A stretch of DNA of 64,000 bases, from NCBI GenBank assembly GCA_035084275.1, contig CM068761.1, positions 8,618,001 through 8,682,000 of the forward strand, written 5' to 3'. A model generated the notes under the pieces. That model was not told the DNA's origin, made no database searches, and was given only the letters and a program-made list of their open reading frames with translations. Below, one piece after another: positions 49,696-63,396 of the stretch. This DNA is from Hydrolagus colliei (Eukaryota). The stretch's first letter is position 1; the number at the start of each line of letters is the position of its first letter. A program made the position numbers and the translations under genes.

Positions 49696-51466
49696 CTGGA
49701 ACACAAATGTGGATAAAAAAGTTTTAATTCATTTTTTAATATTTTACGTTACAATCGACCGGTTGAATAGCACGACAAAACTTCAGGATGACCAATAAAT
49801 AACCCTATACAGTATTTCATATTCCTGTAAATGGTAAAACATTTTCTTGTGTAGAGTTTTAGACGGTACTTTTCAACTATGACAAAGTGTAACAATATAA
49901 AGGGAACAATGAGTGTTGGGGTCATCACACACCATCACACACCATTCATTATTATACTATCAACAGTTTGCTGCTGAGAGCTCAACAATAATCATAATAA
50001 TCGTCGCGTTTGATATAGTGCTCTTGACGTCTCAAATTTCTGAAAATATACTGTAGGCAGCCAATTGCGCACAGCAGTGTCTCTCAAACAGTCGTGGATT
50101 GAAACGACCAATTTATTATAGGGTTTTTTGCAGTGGGTAGCACACGTTCAAATTTTCCTAGACACTAGACACTAGACACTAATTACCGCGTCACAGGGAG
50201 TACGCAGCGGGAGCTGCTGAATGAAAGCGTAGTGAAACATCAACATTAATTGTATAGAGGTTGTATGGAGAGTAAGAACCTGAAAATTGGAAGAAAATAA
50301 ATGTTTTCCGTTTGACGAAACACTCTGCACTGAAATACAATTCAGGAGCACAATAAGAATCAAATGTTTGATTGGTTGCAGAGAGTAGCTTCCTATTTCA
50401 CAATCATTCATTTGGCACCGTATTTGCGGATTTTAATTCCCAAATAATAGCGCACAATGCACAAATCGGAATCCCTTTAATATGATGCCTGAGGGAAATA
50501 ATAAAGTTAGTTTTCAAGGGAGAAAATGTATTTTGACCAGATTGAGCCGGCGCTCAGCCTCTGTCTTTACTGAGCGATGAATCCCATTGGACCAACAGCA
50601 CCAACATGTGGAGAAAACCATGATATTATTGAGTCTCTCCATTGGTGCTGCCCTTTGCGACACGAAACTCGGAATTGGGAGAACATAAAACGTTTGTAAA
50701 ATTAGAAATCTGAAGATAAATGCGCGCGATAAATTATAAAAATACAAACCTAGTTTAATGGGGATAGTGGGAGCAACATAAAATATTTGAAGAAATCTGA
50801 AGAGAACTCTGGAATGGAAGAATGTTAAAATGCAATCACTCTTTATGGCAAAAACACGGCTCAGACAATAACATTTGAATTATTCTGAAAATAATGGATT
50901 CGATTTCAATGCGTAATGATGTTGAGAACAAAGTCCCCTACAGTTATGCTCTATCATCCATATATCAGTTACACATAGTGTTCCTGATGCTCGAAGAAGT
51001 ATAAATTTATTTACTATTTTTGTCGTTCAATTGTGGAGTGATATTGCTGCTGCAAACAACCGCTGTGTTTGGCTACAAAAACAGACACTACAAGTAGCAA
51101 CAACCTGAGTAGATTTTATATAAGCTATGAAATTCAACCTGCCACTCATTCAAAATTGTTGCCTCCCTGAGAGTGCGGAAAAGTTTTTATTTATTGTGAG
51201 GCAACACCCTCTACCGATTGAGTGTTCCTCGCCTGAATCTGTCCACATCTGATCTATCAGAAGCTTGGGTAGAAATGCAAGGTGTGCTAAAATGTACCCT
51301 ATCAATGTAACATGTTATGTTTGCTGAAATTGTCTCTCTGTGAAATTCCTTCTGAACTATGAGAACCTCTGTCTATACTTCAATAGGCGCAGGTATAATT
51401 TCCACTGAAACATTCATGAACATCACAAACATGAATTATTTTGTTTCTATAAGAATATTATTATCA

Positions 51467-51496
51467 ATGCAAATACTTCCAGATGTTTGCAGATGA
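51467..51496 (-). promoter_or_regulatory. Octamer-Ets-E-box-E-box composite (paralog of 3702-3730)
   Basis: ATGCAAAT ACTTCC AGATG tttg CAGATG: all four motifs are kept. Confidence 0.55.
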
Positions 51497-51609
51497 TTGC
51501 ACACAAGATGAATCAAGCCGAAACAAAACACAACAACATGTTGCAATTACTTTAAAAATATTTATGCAGAATTAAAGCAAATATTAAGTAATAACACCAA
51601 TCTTTGCAT

Positions 51610-53370
51610 CCTTTCCTCCAACTCCTACTGTGAGGAGATGTTGGATTTCCTTGAGTCCAAAATCAAGGAAATCCGTTCTGCGGTCACCGTCCTTCCAAAT
51701 TCCACCCCCTTGTCAACTCCCTCCCAAACTCTGTATCCCACCCATCGCTCCTTCCCTACCTTCCATCCCATTTCCCCATCCTCCATCACAAAAACCATCG
51801 TCTCCATGGAGAACATCACATGCTCCCTTGACCACATCCGCACCCCTCTCCTTATCACCCAGCTCCACCTTCTAGCCCCACTAATTGCCGACACCATTAA
51901 CCTGCCCTTTCATCTGGCATCATTCCTACTCACCTCAAAACTGCCACTATCACCCCCATCCTAAAGAAACCTTCCCTCCAAGTGCTGCAGCTCTCAAGTT
52001 ACCCGCCCATCTTCAATCTCCCTTTCCTTTCTATGGTCAGGAAAGGGAGAGTTGTTTTCCAGTTCCACTCTTTCCTCTCAACCCACTCACTTTTCGAACC
52101 CCTCCAATTGGGGTGAGAAACTGCTCTGGTCAAGGTCACAAATGACATCCTGACCATCTGTGACCAGGCCTCCCTCTGCCTCCTTTTCCTCCTCAATTTA
52201 TCCACTGCCTTTGACACCATTGACCACGTAATTCTCCTCCCCCGCATCTCCTCATTCCTCAAACCTGAAGGGTCTGTTCTTGATTAGTTCCAGTCAGATG
52301 TCTCACACAGCTTTCACTTTATCTCCCTGAATGGCTTTTCCTCCAGCCCTCGCACAGCCACACGTGGCATCCTCCAGGGCTCTGTTCTTGGCCCCCTACT
52401 CCTCACCCTCCACAAGCTTCCCCTCGGTGACATCATCCCCTGATATGTGATAAATCCACATGTATGCGGGTGACACCCGCTTCCACCCTCAACTCCAGGA
52501 CTAATGGCATTCTGACTGCAGGTCTGTCCAACTTTTAGTCCTGGACAGGAGACAACTTCCTCCAACTAAACATCAACAAGTCAGAGACCATCCTGATTCA
52601 CTCGTGTCAGCGCCTCCGCACCACAGATGCTGGCAACATCGGCATTCAAGGCTGCACTCTTCACCTCTTGAAGCCAATCAGGAATCTAGGCATCTTGTTC
52701 AACCCCAAACTACCCTTCCTTCACCAAATCCGCACCGTGACCAGTACAGCCTTCCACCACCTCCGCAACTACCTCACCCCCCATGCTGCTGAAACACTCA
52801 TGCACGCGTTCATCACATCTAGGCTCGACTACGGCAGATTATTCAGAATTCTGCAGCTCATGGATCCTCCTGCACTAGGCGCTGCAACCACATCACTTAC
52901 ACCTTTGTTCATCTCCAATGGCTCCGCATCTCCCCTTGGGTTAAATTCCAGTTCCTCATCCTCACTTTGAAGGCTATCCATGGCCTTGCACCCACCTATC
53001 TTTCTAACCTACTGACTCCCTATCAGACTGCCCATTCCCGCCGGTCAGTTAACTCTTTCCTGCTCCATATACGCTGCCCGAAACTGACCAAACATCGGTG
53101 GGCAGGCTTTCAGCCATTCTGTCCCACACTCTGAAACTCCATCCTGCAACCCATTCGCCTCTTTTCCTCCCTTTCCTCCTTTAAGGCCAGTCTCAAGACT
53201 TTCCTCTTGGACCGTGCCTTCTCCATCCCTCCAAACGCTCCCCCCTTTCCTGCTCTCCTGCCCCCGAACCACTCGCCCTATACCCAATCGACACCTGACC
53301 TGACTGTTCAGCGCCTTGGGACATCCTCCTGACATGAAAGGCGCTCTATCAGTGTAATTTTGCTGTTGTT
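51610..53370 (+). mobile_element. L2 LINE remnant (ortholog of 105-1730)
   Basis: Colinear with the reverse complement of the unit D L2, including the unique flank beyond the tail. Confidence 0.85.
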
Positions 53371-53599
53371 ATATTATGTATATATTTATTAAACTTCAAA
53401 ATTATTTTTATTTTAAAAACTAGTCGTGATGCTTTTGGTCTTTGTTTAATATTAGTGTAAGAAAATTTAAACCAGAAACTTTTGGTAATTTAGGTTTCGC
53501 AATATGGTATTTCACTTAAAATCACATTTTGTTAAGAACACATGCCCAACATTACTTGGGCAGATCCAGTACTGATAATTACTTAAAGAGATATACATC

Positions 53600-56500
53600 T
53601 AGGCGTTTTTGTGAACGGAAACGCGAATCTCGGAAGGTGTGTTGCCTACCAGGTGCCAGGGTTGAAGACTTGACTGAGCGGGTCCATGAAATTCTGCTAG
53701 GGGAAGGGGAAAATCCACTTGTGGTGGTCCATGTTGGGACCCATGAAGTTGAGAGGAAAAGACCTGAGATGCTCCAGGGAGAGTACCAGAGACTAGGGAG
53801 TAAACTAAAAAGTGGAACTTCGAGAGTGGTGATCTCTGGGTTGCTTCCAGTGCCTCGAGCAAGCCAGTTCCAGAATGCTAGAATAAGGCACATCAATGCA
53901 TGGCTGGAGAAGTGGTGTAGGAAGGAGGGTTTCTGGTTCGTAGACCATTGGGACCAATTCTGGGAACCTGTAAAAAATGGATGGGTTATACCTGAACAGG
54001 GCTGGAACCAATCTCCTTGCAGGGAGGTTGTCGAGTTTTGTGGGGGGGGCTTTAAACTAATCCCGGGGGGTGAGGGTGTGAAACTGATCAGTAGTTCAAA
54101 TACGGGAGGGGTAATAAAGAGGACAGGGGTAAAGGTAAGACGGGATAAAAATGCAGAGGAAGTAATTTGTGCCTTAGAGTGCATGTATGTAAATGCACGA
54201 AGTTTGAGAAATAAAATTGGTGAGCTGCAGGCTCAGGTTGCTGCGAGGCGATATGATGTTATAGCAGTAACAGAGACTTGGCTCCAGCATGGGCAGGAAT
54301 GGGAGTTGAACATTCCTGGTTATAATGTATTCAGGAGGGATAGAGAAGGGAGAAAAGGGGGCGGGGTGGCAATTTTAGTTAAGGACTCAGTGACTGCCTG
54401 AGAAAGGAACGAGGTGGAAGAAGGACTAAAAACCGAATCTATCTGGTTAGAAATGAGGAATAAAAAAGGTGCAGTTACACTGTTAGGGGTATACTATAGA
54501 CCACCAAATAGTGGGGAGGAGATAGACAAGCAGATCTGCAAGCGTATCACGGAGAAATGCAGAACTAATAGAGTAGTGATAATGGGTGACTTCAACTATC
54601 CCAACATAGACTGGCAGAATAGTAGAGTAAAGGGAAAGGAGGGAGAAGAATTCCTGAAGTGTGTGCAGGACAACTATCTTGATCAGTATGTTTCCAGTCC
54701 AACGAGGAAAGAAGCATTGCTGGATCCAGTTTTGGGAAATGAGGTAGGGCAAGTTCAACAGGTTTCTGTAGGTGAGCATCTAGGGAATAGTGACCACAAT
54801 ATCGTTAGATTCAGAATAATTATGGAAAGGGATAAGGAACGATCACAGGTGAGGACACTCAACTGGAAAAGGGCTAATTTCAATGAGTTGAGGTGGGACC
54901 TAGCCAAGGTGGATTGGAAAGAAAAATTGGCAGGTAAGACAACCAACGAGTAGTGGGCAGCGTTCAAAGAGGAGATAGTTCAGGCACAGGTCAAAAGCAC
55001 TAAAAAAGGAAGTTAGAGGGTCAAAGAGACTGCACGAAAAACAATTAGCGAGTAAGATTAAGGGGAACCCTAAGGTTTTTTACCAACATATTAAGAGTAA
55101 AAGGCTGGTCAAGGAGAGGGTGGGGCCAATTAGGGACCTAGGAGGAAATCTCATTGTGGAGGCAGAGGGCATGGCTGATGTACTGAATGAGTACTTCGCC
55201 TCTGTTTTCACAAAAGAAAATGATACAGCCAATGCCATGGTATTAGAGGAGAGGGTAGGAGAAATGGATAGAATAATTATAACCAGAGAGGAAGTGCTGA
55301 AAAGGTTGACGTCGCTCAAGGTGGATAAGTCACCTGGTCCGGATGGGATGCACCCTAGGTTACTAAGTGAGGCACGGGAGCAAATAGCAGGGAATCTGGC
55401 CACGATCTTTCAATCTTGCTTGGACACAGGGGACGTGCCAGAGGACTGGAGGATAGCTAATGTTACTCCCTTGTATAAAAAGGGGCAGAAGGACAAGCCT
55501 GGTGACTACAGACCAGTCAGTCTAACGTCGGTAGTGGGCAAACTTCTAGAGTCCATAATCAGGGACAAGGTAGATCTTCACTTCGAAAGATATAGGCTAA
55601 TAAAGGACAGTCAACATGGATTTGTTAAAGGCAAATCTTGCCTTACAAATCTGATAGAATTTTTCGATGAGGTAACGGAATGGGTGGATAATGGTAGCGC
55701 AGTTGATGTAGTTTACATGGACTTTCAAAAGGCATTTGACAAAGTGCCACATGAGAGACTTATTATGAAATTAAAGGCCCATGGCGTAAAAGGGACAGTG
55801 GCAGCGTGGATCCACAACTGGCTGCGAGACAGAAAGCAGAGAGTTGTAGTGAGCGGCTGTTTTTCAGATTGGAGGGAAGTGAGCAGTGGTGTGCCACAGG
55901 GATCGGTTTTGGGACCATTGATGTTGGTAATCTACATCAATGATCTGGACTTGGGTGTACGGAGTACAGTTTCCAAGTTTGCAGATGACACTAAGTTAGG
56001 GAGAATAGTAAACAGTGAGGAGGATAGTAGCCATCTGCAAGAGGATATAGACAAATTGGTAAAGTGGGCAGACACATGGCAGATGAAGTTTAATGCAGAG
56101 AAGTGTGAGGTGATGCATTTTGGGAGAAGAAATGAAGGGAGGCAATATAGGCTAGATAGTACAATTTTAAATGGTGTAAAGGAACAGAGAGACCTGGGGA
56201 TTTGTGTTAGTGACTCGTTGAAGGTGGCAGGACAGGTAGACAAGGCTGTTAAGAAGGCATATGGGATACTAGGCTTTATAAATAGGGGTATAGAGTACAA
56301 AATTCAGGAAGTGCTGACTAACCTCTATAGGACTTTGGTGAGGCCTCAGCTGGAATACTGTGTTCAATTCTGGTCACCACACTACAGAAAGGATGTGAAG
56401 GCATTGGAAAGGGTACAACGAAGATTTACTCGGATGGTGCCAGGATTGAGGGACTTCAGCTATGAGGAGAGGCTAGATAGGCTAGGGTTATTCTCTCTGG

Positions 56501-56908
56501 AGCAGAGAAGATCGAGGGGAGACCTAATAGAGGTTTATAAGATCATGAGGGGTTTCGACAGGGCAAATAGAGAAAAACTATTTCCACTCGTGGGTGAATC
56601 TGTGACTCGTGGTCACAGATTTAAAATAGTTTCAAGGCGCAGTAGAGGGGAGCTGAGGAGAATTTTTTTCACTCAGCGATTTGTTCGAATCTGGAATGCA
56701 TTGCCTGAAAAGGTGGTGGAGGCTGATTCGATGATAACTTTTAAAAGGGAATTAGATCTTTATTTAGGGAGAACGGGTCTATTAGGCTATGGGGAGCGGG
56801 CAGGGCAGTGGGATTGAATCGCTCTTTTCAAAGAGCCGGCACAGACTAGATGGGCCGAATGGCCTCCTTTTGTGCCGTAAAATTCTATGATTCTATGATT
56901 CTATGATT
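53600..56908 (+). mobile_element. 5'-truncated CR1 LINE with internal deletions and stops
   Basis: Nearly identical to 24278-27730, with an (ATTCTATG)n tail. The empty site is visible in the paralog at about 47630-47660. Confidence 0.95.
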
Positions 56909-57854
56909 CCACCATGTTAAAGCGATTCCCCAAGTCTCGTTATATTTAAACACAAGTTTATGCCGTATCAGTATGTGTTTTCCGGCATTAGGGCCACTTA
57001 AATAGAATATTAAATGCTGGTGAACGATGACCAAAATAACATTTTTGAATCCTCCTCCCTCATGAAGTACAATCAACACTTTCAGTTTTTATTCACAAAT
57101 TAGCGCATGAGTCAGAATGTGTAAACGTGGATCTTGGGCCGGTTTGGTTCTAATATCCATTCATAACCATTAACAAATGCAAATTCTTAGATTAGGAGAG
57201 CAGCAAACTATATTACATGAATGGAGAACATGGTCCGCTTACTGCCGGTTGTGCTCAGTGTATCATTCATTTTATTGTTTTTATTGGTTCAATCAATTCT
57301 ACTATTCTCTTCCAACAAATGAATGCTCCCAATTCAATCATAACTACAGGTTATTATCTTATTACATTAGCCAGAGCTTGGGATTCATTCCATAAGAGTT
57401 ACACAAACATCTCGATTACATCAGTAAAAGATGCTGCGGAAACTCAGCAGGTCAAGCAGCATCCAAAAGAAATTTGCTTGATTGTGTTTGATTGTGTGTT
57501 CTCCAAAATCTGTTTACACAGCCACATTTTGGATGCTGTTTGACCTGCTGAGCTTCCCCAGCAACTTTTGTTTTTGTTTCAGATTCCCAGCATCTGTAGT
57601 ATTTTGTATTTCGATGACATCATTACCAGCTGCGATTGTATATTCCAGACAAGTCGTTGTCCAGCTTCCTCTTACCATAGTTCCATTTCAATGATTAAAC
57701 TTGTTTTGATATCGACCAACAAAGAACAATTCTATTTAATGGTTATATCGTACCGATTTAGTGGTTTGCAATAAAGTGAAAATATTGACTAGAATTGACA
57801 GCAGCTTAAACAACTGAAGGAAACTGCAGAGACACATGGGGGTGTTAAAAGGCT

Positions 57855-57985
57855 GCAATGCGGAAGTTGGTACGTTACTCAACCGCAGGCTTGGAGCTCA
57901 CTGGCCACGGGGTGGGGAGGGGAGTAACTCTACAATGAGCTCTTCGGAGTGGGTACATTTTGATATTTCATTTGCATCTGATGGT
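57855..57985 (-). promoter_or_regulatory. Candidate 3' enhancer downstream of C (unit A)
   Basis: GCGGAAGT (57860) and ATTTGCATCTG (57970), about 0.85 kb past the stop. Confidence 0.55.
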
Positions 57986-58499
57986 CATATAACCTTTCAA
58001 TAGGTTGTCACTCCTTTTAACAACACAAAAGTTCAGCATAATGATCGAGTGAAGTACTTGAGTAATATTTTGATTTAGTTCTCTAGAGATTGGCGGGCTG
58101 GAGAGGCAGTGGGCAAAAGTATGTCAATGAATTATCTTCGAAACCCAAGTTGGATGTACAGCATTGTTGGTCAGAGCATTTCACACATGCTCAGCTTGTA
58201 ACAACAATCAGGACTTAACACTGAATATTGTGCGAAATCTTGAATTCACTTTAACTTTAATTGATGTTGAGTTTACTTTGACGGATGGTTCTTTTTAACA
58301 ACAACATGAAAAGGCTCCCAAGTAGCGACCAAGACTAAGATGTTTCCAAAATTCTACAACATAAATTTCAAACGCATATAAGTACTGCTTGCATGTTTAT
58401 TTAATAAGATCAAAGTCGTGGTTCAGATAAAATAATAATGTAATGAAAAGAAGAAATGAAGAAAGATAGCCACGGCACAGAGGGCAATGAAAGAGTCAT

Positions 58500-58505
58500 T
58501 TTATT
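58500..58505 (-). terminator. Polyadenylation signal, unit A
   Basis: AATAAA on the minus strand, about 315 nt after the stop. Confidence 0.65.
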
Positions 58506-58819
58506 AAACGATAGTATTTCTTACTTCTGTATTGTTACACAGGGGGCTTTATTATTGCAGCGTGAACACACTGTAAAGTACAACCATTCAATTCCAGCAA
58601 ACAGACAAATTATTGTTGCCGTATTGTAATACTCTACTTAAAAATCTAACAGCTTCTTTCCTTCCGTTGGAAAGTTACCGGACGTATTTAATCGAATTTG
58701 TTTCTCAATTTGGGAGTTCCTGACAAAATTACTTTAATTTCTAAAAAATCATTAACACAATTCTTATTCTTAATGTAGATTACCAAAGATAAATTCGACG
58801 AGCTCTATATGTTCCTAAT

Positions 58820-61748
58820 TTAGCTACAACTTGATCTGGCGATGGTTTTTTCCAGCGGAGTCCCGCGAGTCTCGTGTTCGACCAGACAGGAATACAGCTC
58901 GTGTGACTCCCACTCGGAGGCTGGCAGAGTCAGATAACTGCTCACACTGTACGTGTTGTCCACCTCCTGCTTGATCGCACTCGTTTCAACACCTTCACTT
59001 CTGGCACTGCCATCCACAGTCCACTTGACCTCCACAGCTCCCGGGGTAAAATCATTCACCAGACACACCAGGGTCGCCTTGCTCTTTGCTGTGATTTGAT
59101 CTGGTGACGGCGGAAGGACAGTCACCGAAGGGCCCCGTGGGTCTGGAACAAAAATGTGGATAAACATTTTTTTAATTATTTTTTTTCATCTTAAGTTACA
59201 ATCGACTTATGAATCGCAGGACAAAACTTCAGGATCACCAATAAATAATCCTATACAGTATTTCACATTCCTGTAAATGGTAATTCATTTTCTTGTGTAG
59301 AGTTTTATACGGTACTTTTCAACCGTGACAGAATGTAACAATGTGAAGGGAACAATGAGAGTTGGGGGTCTTCATACACCATCACACACCGTTCATTATT
59401 ATACAAGCAATATTTTGCTGCTGAGAGCTCACCAATAATGATAATAATCCTCGCATTTGATATAGTGCTCTTGATGTCTCAAATTTCTCAAAATATACTG
59501 TAGGCAGCAAATTGCGCACAGCGGTGTCTCACAAACAGTCGTGGATTGAAATGACCAATTTATGATAGTGTTTTTGGCAGTGGGGAACACGCGTTCATAT
59601 TGTCTTGTGTTGAAGTAATTAATACCAGCTATCATAAGAACTAACACCAGACACTAAATATCGCGTCACAAGAAGTATGTGGCGGGAGCTGCTGATTGAA
59701 AGCTCATGAAACATCATTATTAATTGTATAGAGTTTGTATAGAGAGTAAGAAACTGAAAATAGGAAGAAAATAAATGTTTTCCTTCGGACCAAACATTCT
59801 GCACTGAAAAACAATTCAGGAGCACAATCAGAATCCAATCTTTGATTGGTTACAGAGAGGAGCTTCCGATTTCACAATAATTTATTTGGCACCGTATTTG
59901 CTGATTTTAATTCATAATTAATAGCGCACAAAACACAAATCACAATACACAACACACAAATCACAATACACAATACACAAATCGAAATCCCTTTAATATG
60001 ATGCCTGAGGGAAATAATAAAGTTAATTTTCAAGGGAGAAAATGTATTTTGACCAGATTGAGCCGGCGCTCAGCCTCTGTCTTTAATGAGCGATGATTCC
60101 CATCTGACCAACTGCAGCAACTTGTGGTGAAAACCATGATATTATTGAGTCTCTCCAGTGGTGCTGCCCTTAGCGACATCAACCACGGAATCGGGAGAAA
60201 ATAATGCCTTTGTAAAATTAGAAATCTGAAGATAAATGCGCGCAATAAATGGTACAATATAAACTTATTTTAAAGGGGTTAGTGGCAGAAAATAAAACGT
60301 TTCAGGAAATCCGAATAGAACTCTGGAATAGAAAAATGTTAAAATGCAAAGATTGTTTATTGCAATAACACGGAGCAAATTATAACATTTGAATTATTCT
60401 GAAAATAATGGATTCGATTTGAATGCGTAATGATGCTGAGAAAAACCTCCCCTACAGTTCTTCTCTATCAGCGACCTATCAGTTGCACATAATGTTACTC
60501 AGTCTCAATGAAGTTTAAATTTTCAAAATGATCAGTTAGTCACGGACGAACACTATTTTCAGGGAATCCGGTTCCCTCTGAGATTGAACCGCTCACCAAT
60601 CGGTCCATTAGACCCCAGCGACAGTCACCAGATGGAAAGATGCTGTTGATCCCCTTATGATGGAGATTCTTATAAATATCACTTCGTGCTGACAAACTTG
60701 GGAAAGAGGTTTACAAGTAAACATAAAAATTAAATAATCTGGCACAAAGAGATTTAACTTCAATCTCAGGTGTGAAGTGTTAACTCATTTCCCTGGTGTG
60801 GCTCATTCTTTACCAGGATCTCTAAGCGGTGCTTCAGTGAATCTGACATCTTCAGTCCTTCTGACTGTTAAATATAAATATCACCACGGTTAACTCCGCG
60901 TGCCTAATTTCTTTCCTTTCTCCACCTTTTTACCTTGGTTAGTTTGCTGTAATATTCGTCGAAATTCTTCACAGATTTTCAATTGAGGTCAGTTTTGGTT
61001 TAAAATTTGCGATTACCAAATAAAAGGTTTATCATTCCGAAGATTTTCACCAGGTGCGACTATCACAGAAACCGTGTGAAACAATATCGAATATAGACAA
61101 ACATACAAAATATTTGGACGTTCTCCTGACCTGAAAGGCTCTGTACAAGAGCAACGTTGTTGTTATTATTATTGTGGAAAATTACATCACAATAATCATG
61201 GAAAGTCGAAACAAGATCACTTACTTTTCAAACTCAGCTTGGTCCCTTTACCAAAGCTGAGGCTGAGATAACAACAGTAATAATCGGCAGCGTCCTCCGG
61301 TTGCACACCGCTGATGGTTAAATGCATGGCGTTGCTCGATGAGTCCACAGAACCAGTGAATCGATCAGGAATCCCCTGACCTCTGGTGGAGTCATAATCA
61401 GCCCAAACAAGCACAGGGGCGCTGCCAGGCTTCTGCTGGTACCAGCTCGTGTAGCTGCCGATGCTGCCTCCGGACATGGTACAGGTGATCTTGACGGTGT
61501 TTCCCGGGGAGGTTGAGATGGACGGTGGCTGAGTCAGGGTAACAGCTGCGGTTGTTCCTGGAGAAATAACAAGTCACAGATAAGTCACACTGTAGATAGG
61601 TCACACTGTAGATAAGTCACACTCTAGAGAGGTCACACTGTAGAACTAACTGTACAAAGTGAAGCTAATTGAGATCAGGGCGGATTCCGCAGCGCTTACC
61701 ATGCAGACACAGGAGCAAAGCGGCCAGAACTCGGAGCCAATCGCCCAT
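58820..61748 (-). CDS. IGL: Intact germline-joined Ig lambda-type (type II) light chain, 234 aa, three exons: 61748-61700, 61557-61225, 59142-58820
   Basis: Exons of 49+333+323 = 705 nt are in frame with all splice sites GT-AG. V has C..W..YYC, J has FGKG, and C has CLV..W..YSC with terminal SSCS*. Confidence 0.95.
61565..61645. repeat. 16-bp minisatellite in the leader intron
   Basis: GTCACACTGTAGATA(A/G) occurs 4 times here, 3 times in D and 2 times in C. Intron lengths are 142, 125 and 110 nt. Confidence 0.85.
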
Positions 61749-61975
61749 TGTGAACAGTTTGATGAACATCAGAGAAATTAGTGATTCACAGACAAAAGCC
61801 ACTTTTCTGCTCGATTGTAAACTTCTCCTTAAGAACCATCAGGTGATGCAAGTCCAGTTGAATTCACAATTTATGCAAATTATCCTCCGGCTTCCATCGT
61901 CCAATAGGAATCCTTGTTCTGAACAGCAGATGGAACATCATGCAGATTTGAACTAATTTACTGCCCGGATTTGAA
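61749..61975 (-). promoter_or_regulatory. V promoter of the intact gene
   Basis: Octamer variant ATCTGCAT (61940-61947), CCAAT and CACCTG conserved with the other units. Confidence 0.65.
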
Positions 61976-62019
61976 AAGATGTTTCATAGTAACATTGAAT
62001 AATGTTTTAATCTGAAGAG

Positions 62020-62300
62020 CTTGATAAAATATTAATAATCCTTCATTTGATATGGCGCTTTTCACGTCTACTAGACGTCTGATAGCGCTTCACAGAATAT
62101 TCTGTATATATGTGGGCGAAAGGGTCAGCCAATTGCGCAAACCAGTTTCCAACAACAGTCATGAAATGACCAATGTATATTGAGTATTTTCCGGATTATT
62201 ATCAGGCGTGGAGTAAAGAATTTTCCGCAAGGTTTCGCCCTGACTGGCTTCAAGCCCAGATCTCTTGATTGTAAGGCAAGTGCTCTAAACACGGAGCTAC
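62020..62300 (-). mobile_element. tRNA-headed SINE (ortholog of 8090-8370)
   Basis: Same family, at the same position relative to the promoter. Confidence 0.75.
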
Positions 62301-63396
62301 AGGATATCAGAAAGTGATGCTAGTTTTCATTTGCAGTGTGAAACACTTTGTTAAGTAGCACAAACTTCAATTATTGACAATATCGTTAAAACGTCTTAAT
62401 CCAATTAAATATTCATGTAGTTCACCGCGTTGCAGTGTGTGAATTCTGCAAGATTCACTTGCCCAGATACAAAGAGCTTTATTCGCTTGTGATGCTTGTT
62501 CCGATGAAAGATAATTTGTAGTTGGGAAAGTTTAATCCTTTAATTCTGTTACACTTTACACACCGACAACCATACCTGAACTGATACAGTTAAACTCACA
62601 CTTCACATCAGGTGACAGGGTTCCTCACATAGACGGTTTATCTTTTTCTAAAATACTTTTTCCAATTCACCTCGTGGCAAACATCAGACCTGCCCTCACG
62701 CTAGGATTCCCTTTACTGCAACATGCCTCACTGCAGATGTGATATACAATAGAGCCACAATGAATTGTAGCGGCTACTTTTTCTGATAAAACATTAACAG
62801 CTGTTAATCTACTTTTCCTTTCAGGGCATCAATACACAAAAACATAAATCCCATCTTCTGGATATGTCACTGACATCTAAATTGTCATACAGACTGGAAC
62901 GGGGAGTGTAAAAGCAGATTCATGTTACACAACTCGCTAAAAAAAGAACAGTCCTCAAGTGAAGATTTCCCCCAGAGTTCCCACTCACGTGAATTCAATT
63001 CTATCCATGCGCTGATCTCATGCACGTTTGGGACAAGTCAAAGTCAAATAACTTGCACATGCGTGGAAAACCCAACCCTGCATTCATTTTCAAACTGAAT
63101 ACTTCCATAATGCATTGAATGATAAATGAAATAAATAGATAATGCTTTTGACAAAGCACCTTTCATATCAACAACAATAACAACTTCGATTTATATGGCG
63201 CCTTCCATACCAGGCGGCATCTCAAAGCACTTCACAGAAGCGGATCCCAGGACCAACCCAGGGCAGGGGTACAAAGGTGACCAAAGGCACAGTCGAAAAG
63301 AAAGGTATTTAGCTGTGAAGAGGACCTGTCACGATCCTCGCAGAATATGCTGTACATGCTGTTTATAAAAATGTTGCAGCCTATTTGTACATGGTA

